From Candidatus Hydrogenedentota bacterium (GTDB lineage Bacteria; Hydrogenedentota; Hydrogenedentia; Hydrogenedentales; SLHB01): DNA of 31,032 nucleotides. Shown in pieces: positions 1 through 9,544 of this stretch (positions are counted from its first letter, which is position 1; each line of letters opens with the position of its first letter). The position numbers and the translations under genes were made by a program. Where the stretch lies: assembly GCA_045863295.1 (NCBI GenBank), contig BTWA01000035.1:1-31032 (forward strand), given 5' to 3'. The notes beneath the pieces are model-generated. The model had not been told where the DNA came from, made no database searches, and was given only the letters and a program-made list of their open reading frames with translations.

Positions 1-2
1 CG

Positions 3-194
3 AACACGATGGGACAAATGACCATTCGCGGCAGCATTGTAAGCCCGGATCTCGGCATTCTCGCGCCGGGCCGCGACGACACCACGTCACGAACGGCGTT
101 GCAGTTCTTCTATGACCGGCGCGTAAACGACTTCTTCCGCATTGAGGATACGTCCCGCGTAACGCTGGCGCGGCGTGTGTTCCTGAACCATTGA
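3..194 (+). CDS. 3' end of a gene truncated by the window edge (hypothetical; C-terminus reminiscent of PilX/DUF4900-like pilus-assembly proteins)
   Basis: Frame is open from position 3 to TGA at 192-194, directly ahead of the next gene's SD. The IRGSIV...FFYDRR pattern resembles the ends of PilX-like proteins (weak, by eye). Confidence 0.55.
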   Translation, partial: NTMGQMTIRGSIVSPDLGILAPGRDDTTSRTALQFFYDRRVNDFFRIEDTSRVTLARRVFLNH

Positions 195-216
195 CCGATT
201 TTGGATTGAGGTACTG

Positions 217-1149
217 ATGAACCGGTTTATACCCTCCTGTGCGTTGCTTTGCATATTTTGGGCAACGCAGGCATCCCACGGGGATACCGTCACGTTCCCC
301 GACGGGTCTACCATGGACGGCGTCGTTAGGGAAATCAACGAGAATTGCATCGAATTCGACATCGGCGAAACCCAGTTCATTCTGCAGCGGACGGAAATCG
401 CCTCGTTCGAAAAGAACGAAAAGCGAACCGCCCCCGGAAAAACCCAATTGCCCATGGTGGAAGCCGCCGAACAGGAAATAACACAAACCACCGGCTTGAC
501 CCAGGAGCAACGAGACGAGGTCCTCGCGCTGATCCTGGCAATATGGAACGCGGAAGATCCCGCTGAACGCACCCAACTGGAATCGCGCTTGATCGAACTT
601 AGCCGTCGGCTGGATGTCGTCAAGTTTATCCAGGCGTCGTACGAGCCGGCCCAGATCCGAAACAAGATGCCCCTGCTGAACGCTCTCGCGCTCATCCGGC
701 CCTCATCCGCGCTGGAGCCGTTGCGTCTGGCCATGGTGAGCGGACATCCGGAATTCCGCGGCTTCGCACTGAGGCTATACGCGAGAACGTTGAAGGCCAC
801 CAACGGCGTGAACAAAGACTCGGTCCGTGACGTGGCGCGCGGCCTGGTGGACCACAATACCGACGTGCAACTCGCCGCGGCCTTTGCTTTGGTGGAGTGC
901 GGAACAAAGGAAACTACACCCGTGCTCGTGGCCGCGCTCAAGAATGTCGACCCGCGCGTACAGAACGCGTCCAACCAGGCGTTGGGGCGTATTTGGCAAA
1001 TAGACCCCGATCAAATTACGGAAGACCGGGCCACACACTGGGAAGCGTTCTGGAAATCCAACGCTCCAAGTGTTTCCGATTCAATCGATCCCGAATCGCT
1101 GGCGCCGCTTGTGGACAAGGACGCGCCTGTCGAAGATACCCACCACTAG
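217..1149 (+). CDS. Secreted HEAT-repeat domain protein
   Basis: SD GAGG at 208-211; signal peptide ending ASHG-D; N-terminal beta motif DTVTFPDGSTMDGVV; HEAT-like helices (LVDHNTDVQLAAAFALVE, LKNVDPRVQNASNQALGRI). Confidence 0.85.
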   Translation: MNRFIPSCALLCIFWATQASHGDTVTFPDGSTMDGVVREINENCIEFDIGETQFILQRTEIASFEKNEKRTAPGKTQLPMVEAAEQEITQTTGLTQEQRDEVLALILAIWNAEDPAERTQLESRLIELSRRLDVVKFIQASYEPAQIRNKMPLLNALALIRPSSALEPLRLAMVSGHPEFRGFALRLYARTLKATNGVNKDSVRDVARGLVDHNTDVQLAAAFALVECGTKETTPVLVAALKNVDPRVQNASNQALGRIWQIDPDQITEDRATHWEAFWKSNAPSVSDSIDPESLAPLVDKDAPVEDTHH

Positions 1150-1155
1150 CCCCAA

Positions 1156-1185
1156 TTGCCCATTCCTCGCGTCATTTGCTACACT
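1156..1185 (+). promoter_or_regulatory. Putative sigma70 promoter of hisG
   Basis: TTGCCC-N18-TACACT with TG extended -10, in the intergenic gap. Confidence 0.45.
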
Positions 1186-1253
1186 TTGCCGCATTCTGGG
1201 CAATATGCAGTTCCGATATCCCCCCGATCGGGTCATTCGCGTAAGGAAATCGT

Positions 1254-2303
1254 ATGTCTGACGATCGCTTGATTATTGGCCTTCCAGCAGGATCGCTGGC
1301 CGATCCGACCCGCGGGGGAAGCCTTATCCAATTGCTCGAAAACGCCGGCTTTCCCACCAAGGGATACGACAAGGGCGGACCAAGTACATTCCCGCTAACA
1401 AGCTTTCTCATGGGCTGGGACGGACGCCCGCAAGAATGGGGCGCGCAACTGGCCCTCGGCGAAGTCGACATCGCCATCGGCGGCGACGATTGGATGCGCG
1501 AGCGAACACTGGAGTTCCAATACGAGTACGACCGCGAGATCGACCTCGTCAAGGTGTTGCCGCTCGGCAGGGGCAACGTGCGCATTGTCATCATCGGCCG
1601 CGAAGAAGACGCCGCGAAACCATGCGACGAATGGCTGTCCCAACTGCTGGCGCACAAGCCGCTCGTTACGATGGTGTCGGAGTTACCGTATCTGGCCGTG
1701 GATTGGTTCGACAAGAAAATCGCCGCGCTGGGGTTCAAGGAATCTCACGGCGAATACTCCGTCCAAAAATTCAAGACACCCGCACGCATTGAATCGGGTT
1801 TGGTCGTGTATGAAACCTGGGGCAAAACCGAGGCAAAAGTGAAGAACGGCTCCGTGGACTTTGGCGTCGAAATCACTCAATCCGGTTCCGCCATCGCGAA
1901 CTACGGTCTCAAGATCCTCGAAACAATCATGGATTCAGAAGCGGGGATTTGGGCCAATCCAAAGCTCAAGCAAAATCCCGCCAAGTACGATCTGGCCCGT
2001 ATGTTCATGCTGAATCTCTATGGGTCCATCTTCGCCGAAGACAAGGTACTTCTGCTGTTTAACGCCCGCAAAGAGTTTGTGCCCGCACTGAAGGAATACT
2101 TGGCCAACAACCGCCTGTTCGGCGACGAGCCTACGATGAACGAAGGAATCAATTTCACCGAGTTCAGCGTGAAGCTGGATTGCCTGAACAAAACCCTGCC
2201 TCTGGCCAAAGCCCGCTTCGAACTCGCAAAGCTTGGCGCGACTCACCTCGAGACTATTCCCCTCGAATCGTCCATTCCAGGCCTGGACGTCATCGATTTT
2301 TGA
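1254..2303 (+). CDS. hisG: ATP phosphoribosyltransferase, long form (divergent HisG family)
   Basis: LIIGLPAGSL start, RPQE, G.VDIAIGG.DW, TWGKTEAKV..G.VDFGVEITQSGS (PRPP-loop region), LKILETIMDSEAGIWAN, and a C-terminal HisG_C-like domain (EPTMNE...LAKLGATHLETIP); SD AAGGA. Confidence 0.8.
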   Translation: MSDDRLIIGLPAGSLADPTRGGSLIQLLENAGFPTKGYDKGGPSTFPLTSFLMGWDGRPQEWGAQLALGEVDIAIGGDDWMRERTLEFQYEYDREIDLVKVLPLGRGNVRIVIIGREEDAAKPCDEWLSQLLAHKPLVTMVSELPYLAVDWFDKKIAALGFKESHGEYSVQKFKTPARIESGLVVYETWGKTEAKVKNGSVDFGVEITQSGSAIANYGLKILETIMDSEAGIWANPKLKQNPAKYDLARMFMLNLYGSIFAEDKVLLLFNARKEFVPALKEYLANNRLFGDEPTMNEGINFTEFSVKLDCLNKTLPLAKARFELAKLGATHLETIPLESSIPGLDVIDF

Positions 2304-2316
2304 TGCGGTGCACGGG

Positions 2317-3087
2317 TTACCGCCGCGATTGAATGACCACGCATCCGGCTATTATGTCGTGCAGGGCCTGTTTGCGCGCGGTGAATGGTTGCATTAAGTA
2401 TCCCGCGCAGCAGACAAGGCTTGAAATTATCTTGGAAAAGTGGCGCACTGTGGCGCGTCCAAATGAAATGGGATTGCCATCGACATCGGTCACAAATATG
2501 CCTACAAGCCTCTTTCCATACGTCGCCGAATAGCTACCCGACTCTTGCAGCGCAAAGTAGAGCCAATAAATTACAATCGGAATGAAGTTGAGCAACAGTA
2601 CCGCACCATTCACTTGCGGCAAGCCATCAGGACCCGGAGCCGCACTCCCGCCCATGAACGAAGCAATCACGGCAATCGGAATCTGTACTGCAGTGAGTAT
2701 GATACCATCCACGAACGCCGCCACAAATCTTGTAAAGAAGCCCGCGTAGTTCATGGAAACCGCTTTGCGGCCAAAGCCGAACTCCTCGCGAAACGCGCCA
2801 GCGTCACCGTAATCCCCGTGACGGTGCTCAGACTGGCCGATTGGCGCTTCAACGGCTCGCGTCGGCGCTGGCTGCGGTACCGGAATTTCCGCCGCCCGCA
2901 GAAAACGCTCCGCCATCACACTCGCCGGCCGCCAATCCTCCATCCCAGGCGTCCACACCAGGTCATCAGGCAACACCTGCCCCGATTCATACAGCGACTT
3001 CAATTCGCTCGCGGGCACCGGCCCCATGGACTGGCCACCCGTTGCGTAGTACCACTGCTTGTCTGTGTGCGAGGAACCGCCTGGCAT
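2317..3087 (-). CDS. RDD-family membrane protein with N-terminal GYF_2 (DUF4339) domain
   Basis: WYYATGGQSMGPV...VWTPGMEDWRPA (GYF_2); YAGFFTRFVAAFVD, ATYGKRLVGI, RKQALHDIIAGCVV (RDD); SD GGGGAG. Confidence 0.92.
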   Translation of the reverse strand: MPGGSSHTDKQWYYATGGQSMGPVPASELKSLYESGQVLPDDLVWTPGMEDWRPASVMAERFLRAAEIPVPQPAPTRAVEAPIGQSEHRHGDYGDAGAFREEFGFGRKAVSMNYAGFFTRFVAAFVDGIILTAVQIPIAVIASFMGGSAAPGPDGLPQVNGAVLLLNFIPIVIYWLYFALQESGSYSATYGKRLVGIFVTDVDGNPISFGRATVRHFSKIISSLVCCAGYLMQPFTARKQALHDIIAGCVVIQSRR

Positions 3088-3283
3088 GCGTCTTCTCCCC
3101 TATCGACTGGTCGCCCCTTAACCTCACCCCACGTGGTTCACCGGCTAGATGCTACCGCATTTTTCGTATTTTCACAATCGCAAATATGGGCCACCCCGCA
3201 ACGCCGCGTCCCTACCCAATCGGGCCAACACGGCGCAGACCCACAGGAAATGGCGGGGCCAGTTGGCACTTCCCGCACATTGT

Positions 3284-3313
3284 TTGCACGCCGCTTCGGA
3301 TTTTTGCTATCTT
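3284..3313 (+). promoter_or_regulatory. Putative sigma70 promoter of ndk
   Basis: TTGCAC-N18-TATCTT with TG extended -10. Confidence 0.5.
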
Positions 3314-3470
3314 ATTTAGCCGTCTGCGGTCTGTTGGGCGTGTACTGCCGGTTTCGGATGCCATGGGGTAACCGGTCCAACGCGCGCCTTCAAACGTCGA
3401 ATCGTGCAGCGCGGGCAAGCAACGAAATTCTCCCGAAGTTGGGATATGGCTATAAGGAAGTGCGCCGGTG

Positions 3471-3920
3471 GTGGAACGGACATTTGTGATGATCAAGCCC
3501 GATGCACTGGGGCGCCGGCTATGCGGTGAAATTATTCGCCGCTACGAAGCCAGGGGGTTGAAACTGGTCGGCATGAAACTGCAAATCGTTTCCCCTGAAC
3601 TGGCTGCAAAGCATTATGCCGAACATCAGGGCAAACCGTTCTACAACGACCTGGTCGCCTTTATCACGTCCATGCCCACCATTCAAATGGTGTGGGAAGG
3701 CGAGAATGCCGTGGCGGCCGTGCGAAAGATGAACGGCGCCACCAACAGCCAGAACGCCGATGTCGGTACGATTCGTGGCGATCTTGGACTGACCGTGCAA
3801 AACAATCTGGTTCACGCGTCGGATTCGGTAGAGACCGCAACGCGCGAAATCGCCATCTATTTTGAAAACTCGGAATTGTGGAACTATCAGATGCCCGACG
3901 ATCGCTGGCTGATCAACTAG
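3471..3920 (+). CDS. ndk: Nucleoside diphosphate kinase
   Basis: ERTFVMIKPDA, HY.EH.GKPFY, GTIRGD, NLVHASDS (catalytic His); SD AAGGA; GTG start at 3471 (or 3468). Confidence 0.98.
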   Translation: MERTFVMIKPDALGRRLCGEIIRRYEARGLKLVGMKLQIVSPELAAKHYAEHQGKPFYNDLVAFITSMPTIQMVWEGENAVAAVRKMNGATNSQNADVGTIRGDLGLTVQNNLVHASDSVETATREIAIYFENSELWNYQMPDDRWLIN

Positions 3921-3978
3921 CCAACTCGTTTCGGCACCTCGGGCAACAGCAACTCGGACGTAAGACAGGAGACCGGTT

Positions 3979-4071
3979 ATGGCAGGCGGACGTAAAGTGC
4001 GGCGGGCGAAGATTGCGAAACATAAGCGCAAGAAGCGGCGTCGCGCGAATCGCCACAAGAACAAGAAGTAA
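3979..4071 (+). CDS. 30S ribosomal protein bS22-like (AURKAIP1/Cox24/mS38 family) basic peptide, 30 aa
   Basis: SD AGGAG then ATG; translates to MAGGRKVRRAKIAKHKRKKRRRANRHKNKK*, matching the K.A.HKRKKR.R.NRHK pattern of bS22; followed by a strong hairpin. Too short for the ORF track. Confidence 0.88.
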   Translation: MAGGRKVRRAKIAKHKRKKRRRANRHKNKK

Positions 4072-4102
4072 GCCTGATTGGTCTCTTCGGTCGTGATGGA
4101 AC

Positions 4103-4137
4103 AGAACTCGGCCCCGGACCACGGGGCCGAGTTCTTT
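4103..4137 (+). terminator. Intrinsic terminator-like hairpin after the bS22-like gene
   Basis: 14-bp perfect stem AGAACTCGGCCCCG / CGGGGCCGAGTTCT, 5-nt loop, short T run. Confidence 0.7.
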
Positions 4138-4201
4138 ATGAGAGTACGGCCGACAGGGAATCTCCCCTATCCGGCCACCCCTGAATTCGGAGGGTCGCAC
4201 C

Positions 4202-4660
4202 ATGGCAGATGACAGCCCCAAGATTATTATCGACGAAGGCTGGAAGGCGCAGGTTCAACGGGAAAAAGAGGAAGCCGCCCGCAAATTGGCGGCCGACGTC
4301 AAACCCGAAACTCAAGCCGAAACCAAACCATTGGAAGACGAAGAAGCGCCGCTGGAACCATCCAGTTTTCTGGGTCTCGTCCAAAGCATTGCCACGCAAG
4401 GACTGCTCATGTTGGGGCTGATCGCGGCCCCGGAGTCCAAGCAGGTCATGGTGGACATCACAGGCGCGAAATATATCATCGACACGCTGATTATGTTGCG
4501 GCAAAAAACCCAGGGAAACCTCTCGGCCGAAGAAAGCGCGCAACTCGCCGAAATCATCGCCGAGTTGCAACACGCCTACGTCGTGCGGGCTCAACAGGTG
4601 CAGGAACACGCGTTGCGTCAGGCGGGCGTCGACCCCACGAATCTGAAGGGCGGATTGTAA
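4202..4660 (+). CDS. DUF1844 domain-containing protein
   Basis: KIIIDEGWKAQVQREKE N-terminus; AKYIIDTLIMLRQKTQGNLSAEE...L...LQ.AYV; SD GGAGG. Confidence 0.88.
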   Translation: MADDSPKIIIDEGWKAQVQREKEEAARKLAADVKPETQAETKPLEDEEAPLEPSSFLGLVQSIATQGLLMLGLIAAPESKQVMVDITGAKYIIDTLIMLRQKTQGNLSAEESAQLAEIIAELQHAYVVRAQQVQEHALRQAGVDPTNLKGGL

Positions 4661-4725
4661 GCGGACCTGCGCATGGCTCGCGGGTAGTTGGGGCGCGCAG
4701 GTGCGCCGTTCACGGAAGGAGTTGA

Positions 4726-6018
<1,293 letters not shown>

Positions 6019-6028
6019 GGATCTCGCG

Positions 6029-7234
6029 ATGATCGTACGTTTCACAACGAGGACGCTAACTGGCGTCCTCGTTATGTTTCTCGCACAGGGCTGCATAGGG
6101 GCCGACCGTCCACTGCCGCCCGAGGAAGCGCTCCAAAAAGCCCAGGCCCGAATTGATCGCCTCCTCGCGGAAAACCCTGCTGGCCCGGTGCCGTTGCCGT
6201 TCCATGAACCTTCGGACGCGCAACACCCTCTACAGTTCTGGTATTTCACCCATCCACTTTACGCACATGTCGACCGGGCCATTCGCGAAACCAATCCGCC
6301 GCTGAACATCGACACGCTGCATATCGGCGATTGGACAAATGCGGTGCAGAAATTGACCGTAAGCCTCGCGGCAAGCACTCCCCCCGACCTGGCGCTCGTC
6401 GATCGGGGCCTGCTCGCACCTCTCGTGTACGCGGGGCGCGTCCAACCGCTGGACGATGTCCTCCCCAGGGAATTCCTGGACACCTTTGTGGAAGGCATTC
6501 TGAACGACTATCGAGTTGAGGGAAAGCTGTACGCATTACCCGCCGATGGATTTGTTTCGATGTTTGTGGTGGACTCCGCCCAGACCGAATCGATCCCGGA
6601 AACGTGGGAGGAACTTCAATCCCTGGCCCTGTCCGTCAAGTCGAAATACAAGAACCCGCCTATTGGCTATCTCCCATTTCTCGAATCACTGTGGTCCGCC
6701 GGAGGACACGTTGTCCAAGACAACCGGCCTACCATCGACTCCCAAGCCGGACTGGAAACGCTCACCTATTTCAACGGATTAGTCGCTGCCGAGTTGACCA
6801 CCCCGGTTGCGCTCGAAAATCCGGCATGGTCGGCAGTGGCCTGCGTTAATGGCGAGATTGCGATGACATCCGTTTCGTCCGCCGAATGGTCCAGTCTCCG
6901 GAAGGCCCGCCCCACCCTGATACCCACCGGCATCCCGGGTAAGGACGGACCCATAGGCCGTCGTGGCGCGACCGCACTCGTGCTTCTTCGCCCCGCGGCC
7001 GGTGAACGAAAGGAATTCGTGCGACGTCTCTGTGAACTGGTGTGCAACGCCGACTTCCAATCGCACGAGGGAAATCTGCCGCTCCGGCAGAGTGCCGAGG
7101 CTGTCGGATTCTTCGCCTCGCATTCACTGCGGGCTTGCCGCGCCACGCCTCTGATACCCATGTGGAACGCGGTAGAGTCTGAGGTTTCGAGTTGGGTATC
7201 TCGAGTCTATAGACGATCTTCCGGCGGGCAATGA
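6029..7234 (+). CDS. Extracellular solute-binding lipoprotein (SBP family 1, sugar-type; divergent)
   Basis: SD TAAGGA overlapping the purA stop, ATG at 6029; lipobox LAQGC; PPDLALVD, G.VQPLDD, GKLYALP, IPETWEEL, LWSAGG motifs. Confidence 0.8.
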   Translation: MIVRFTTRTLTGVLVMFLAQGCIGADRPLPPEEALQKAQARIDRLLAENPAGPVPLPFHEPSDAQHPLQFWYFTHPLYAHVDRAIRETNPPLNIDTLHIGDWTNAVQKLTVSLAASTPPDLALVDRGLLAPLVYAGRVQPLDDVLPREFLDTFVEGILNDYRVEGKLYALPADGFVSMFVVDSAQTESIPETWEELQSLALSVKSKYKNPPIGYLPFLESLWSAGGHVVQDNRPTIDSQAGLETLTYFNGLVAAELTTPVALENPAWSAVACVNGEIAMTSVSSAEWSSLRKARPTLIPTGIPGKDGPIGRRGATALVLLRPAAGERKEFVRRLCELVCNADFQSHEGNLPLRQSAEAVGFFASHSLRACRATPLIPMWNAVESEVSSWVSRVYRRSSGGQ

Positions 7235-7305
7235 CACCAACACGGTAATTACTTGTCACAACACCAATCGATTGACGAAAGATGCAGCACAAAAAGAGTT
7301 TGCGC

Positions 7306-7334
7306 TTCACTCTTGTGCGCCCCATCCCTAAAAT
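7306..7334 (+). promoter_or_regulatory. Putative sigma70 promoter of the TolC-family gene
   Basis: TTCACT-N17-TAAAAT in the intergenic gap. Confidence 0.45.
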
Positions 7335-7396
7335 GCTGACACCGGCTCGGCCAAGCCGTAGTCAAAGTAGGAAAGCATATCTTGCGGGAGAGGACC

Positions 7397-9535
7397 ATGG
7401 AAGTGCGGGTGAGAAGGCTCTTTTTGTGTGTAGTCGCCGTTGCGAGTCTTTTCGCGTTCCGCAGCGATGCTGCCGGTGTGGACCAGATGACGGACGAGGA
7501 GATCGCCCAAGCAGAGGCTGAGGAAAACGCCCGCTCGCTCGAATCCCCCTCACCAGACCAAGTCCCTGAACCGGAACCGGCGGCCGAACCCACCCCCGAA
7601 CCCGATCCCATGCCGGTGACACCATCGGAACCCGCCGCTGATACAGTTGATCCGGCCCCGGCAGACGGCGAAGTCGCAGACTCTCCTGCATCGGAACCGG
7701 AAACATCCCTCGCCTCGGACGACGTCTCGGCGGAGAGCATGTTGCAGGAAATTGCCGAGTTCATCGATCCCAGCCCCGTGGCCGCCGTGGAACCCGGCCT
7801 GTCGGAAGTAGAGCGTTCAGCCGAGGAGCGATTGAAGAACGGTGCGGCTCCATCCGGCAACGTCGGCCAAGTGCGCACGGAATGGGGCACAATCGACCTG
7901 AATCAAGTCAGCTTGGAACAGTTGTACGACTCCCTGGACACGCAAACCGCCACCGAAGAAATGCGGATCACGCTCGAGAACGTCGTCTTCCTCGCGTTGG
8001 ACCAAAACCAGGACATCCAAATCGCGGAATACGGTCCATTGAAAGTAGACGGCGACATACTCGCCGCCAAGGGCGAATTCGATCCCAAGTTGGTGATCGG
8101 CTCGAACTATTCGGAAGTGGAAAGCGCGGCCTCTTCGCAAACCCAGAACTTCCTGGGCGGCAGCCTCGGCGGCGGTGCCGGCGGCTTGGGCTCCCTCCTC
8201 GGCGGATTGGGCAACATCACGAGTGCCTTGGGGCTGGATAGCGTGCTCGGACTCGGTGGAGGCGGCGCCCTGGTTATCGAGAATCACACGCTGAACATGG
8301 AAGCCAAGCTCCAAGGCAAGATACCAACAGGCACTCAGTATGAACTCAAACTGACCATGACGCGCGATGAATCAACCTTCAACAATTTCGAACCAGAATT
8401 CAACGGCGGCGGCACCATCACCATTACACAGCCGTTGTTGAAAGGCGCGGGATTCAATAACAACCTCTTTCGGGTCCGAAGCGCAAAAAATAACCGCGTC
8501 AGTTCGGAGTACCGGCTGCGCCAACAGGTTGAAGCCACCGTCTCCGACGTTATGCGCGCATACTGGGATCTGGTCAGCGCACAGGAACAATACAACGTCC
8601 GCAAACAATCGCTGGACAACGCAAAGCGGTTGCGCGAAAGCAACGAACGGCGATTGGAACTGGGGCAGAGCGCGGCCCTGGAAGTAATTCAAGCCAAAGC
8701 GAGCGAGGCGACTCGCTTGAGCGACGTGATTGCGGCGCGCAATCAGGTCATGTCGGCGGAAGACCGGTTGAAAGTGCTCCTCGATATGCGGGAAGAGGAA
8801 CGGTTCAGCAGCGCCCGCCTCGTCCCCGTGGATCGACCCTCTCCCGATGAACTCAATCTCGACGTGCCCGTGATCGAACAAAAGGCATTGGCGAGCCGTG
8901 TCGAAATCTTGTCCGGCGAACTGGACATTGAAACGGCTGAATTGGACGTGCTGCGAACGCGGAACGAACTCCTGCCGCAATTGGACTTTCAAGTGAGCTA
9001 CTACCGGGGCGCGCGAGAACCCCGGTGGCAAGACGTGTATGACGGACTCACCGAACGAAAAGACACCACGTGGACCGTGGGAATTCAGGGTACGATCCCA
9101 ATTCCCAACCGGACCGCCCGCGGCACGTACTACAAATCGCAAGTCTCCAAGCGTGAGTACGAACAGCGATTGGAAAAGACCAGACTGGATATCGTGAACA
9201 GCGTGCGTAACGCCGTGCGCAGCGCGGCAACCGCTCGCGTGCAATTGGAATCCAACCGGCAGGCGCGCGCGTTGCAGGAAACAAACGTGGAAGCCGAAGA
9301 GAAAAAGCAAAAGCTCGGCATTAGCGATAGCTTCCAGGTATTGCGCATTCAAGAAGATTTGGCGAATGCTCAGGTGTCCGAAGTGCTCTCCATGATCGAT
9401 CTGGAAAAAGCGCTGATCGACATCGCCCTGGCCGAAGGAACGCTCCTGGAAAACTACGGGATTACGCTCGAAGCCCCTGAAAAAGAAGTCCCAATCAGCT
9501 TCGTCCGAAGTATTACGCCGCTCGTGAAAAAATAG
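7397..9535 (+). CDS. TolC-family outer membrane efflux protein with long acidic Pro-rich N-terminal extension
   Basis: Signal peptide; ITLENVVFLALDQNQDI, AKGEFDPKL, ITQPLLKGAG, VMRAYWDL, RNELLPQLD, LAEGTLLE (two OEP repeats); ATG at 7397 with SD GAGG. Confidence 0.9.
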   Translation: MEVRVRRLFLCVVAVASLFAFRSDAAGVDQMTDEEIAQAEAEENARSLESPSPDQVPEPEPAAEPTPEPDPMPVTPSEPAADTVDPAPADGEVADSPASEPETSLASDDVSAESMLQEIAEFIDPSPVAAVEPGLSEVERSAEERLKNGAAPSGNVGQVRTEWGTIDLNQVSLEQLYDSLDTQTATEEMRITLENVVFLALDQNQDIQIAEYGPLKVDGDILAAKGEFDPKLVIGSNYSEVESAASSQTQNFLGGSLGGGAGGLGSLLGGLGNITSALGLDSVLGLGGGGALVIENHTLNMEAKLQGKIPTGTQYELKLTMTRDESTFNNFEPEFNGGGTITITQPLLKGAGFNNNLFRVRSAKNNRVSSEYRLRQQVEATVSDVMRAYWDLVSAQEQYNVRKQSLDNAKRLRESNERRLELGQSAALEVIQAKASEATRLSDVIAARNQVMSAEDRLKVLLDMREEERFSSARLVPVDRPSPDELNLDVPVIEQKALASRVEILSGELDIETAELDVLRTRNELLPQLDFQVSYYRGAREPRWQDVYDGLTERKDTTWTVGIQGTIPIPNRTARGTYYKSQVSKREYEQRLEKTRLDIVNSVRNAVRSAATARVQLESNRQARALQETNVEAEEKKQKLGISDSFQVLRIQEDLANAQVSEVLSMIDLEKALIDIALAEGTLLENYGITLEAPEKEVPISFVRSITPLVKK

Positions 9536-9544
9536 CCGTCCTGA

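Noticed and set aside
87..974. 295-aa minus-strand ORF
   Set aside because: Antisense shadow of the HEAT-repeat gene; Ser/Arg-rich with no motifs.
2545..3489. 314-aa plus-strand ORF
   Set aside because: Antisense to the RDD gene and runs through a promoter region; Arg/His-rich composition typical of shadow frames.
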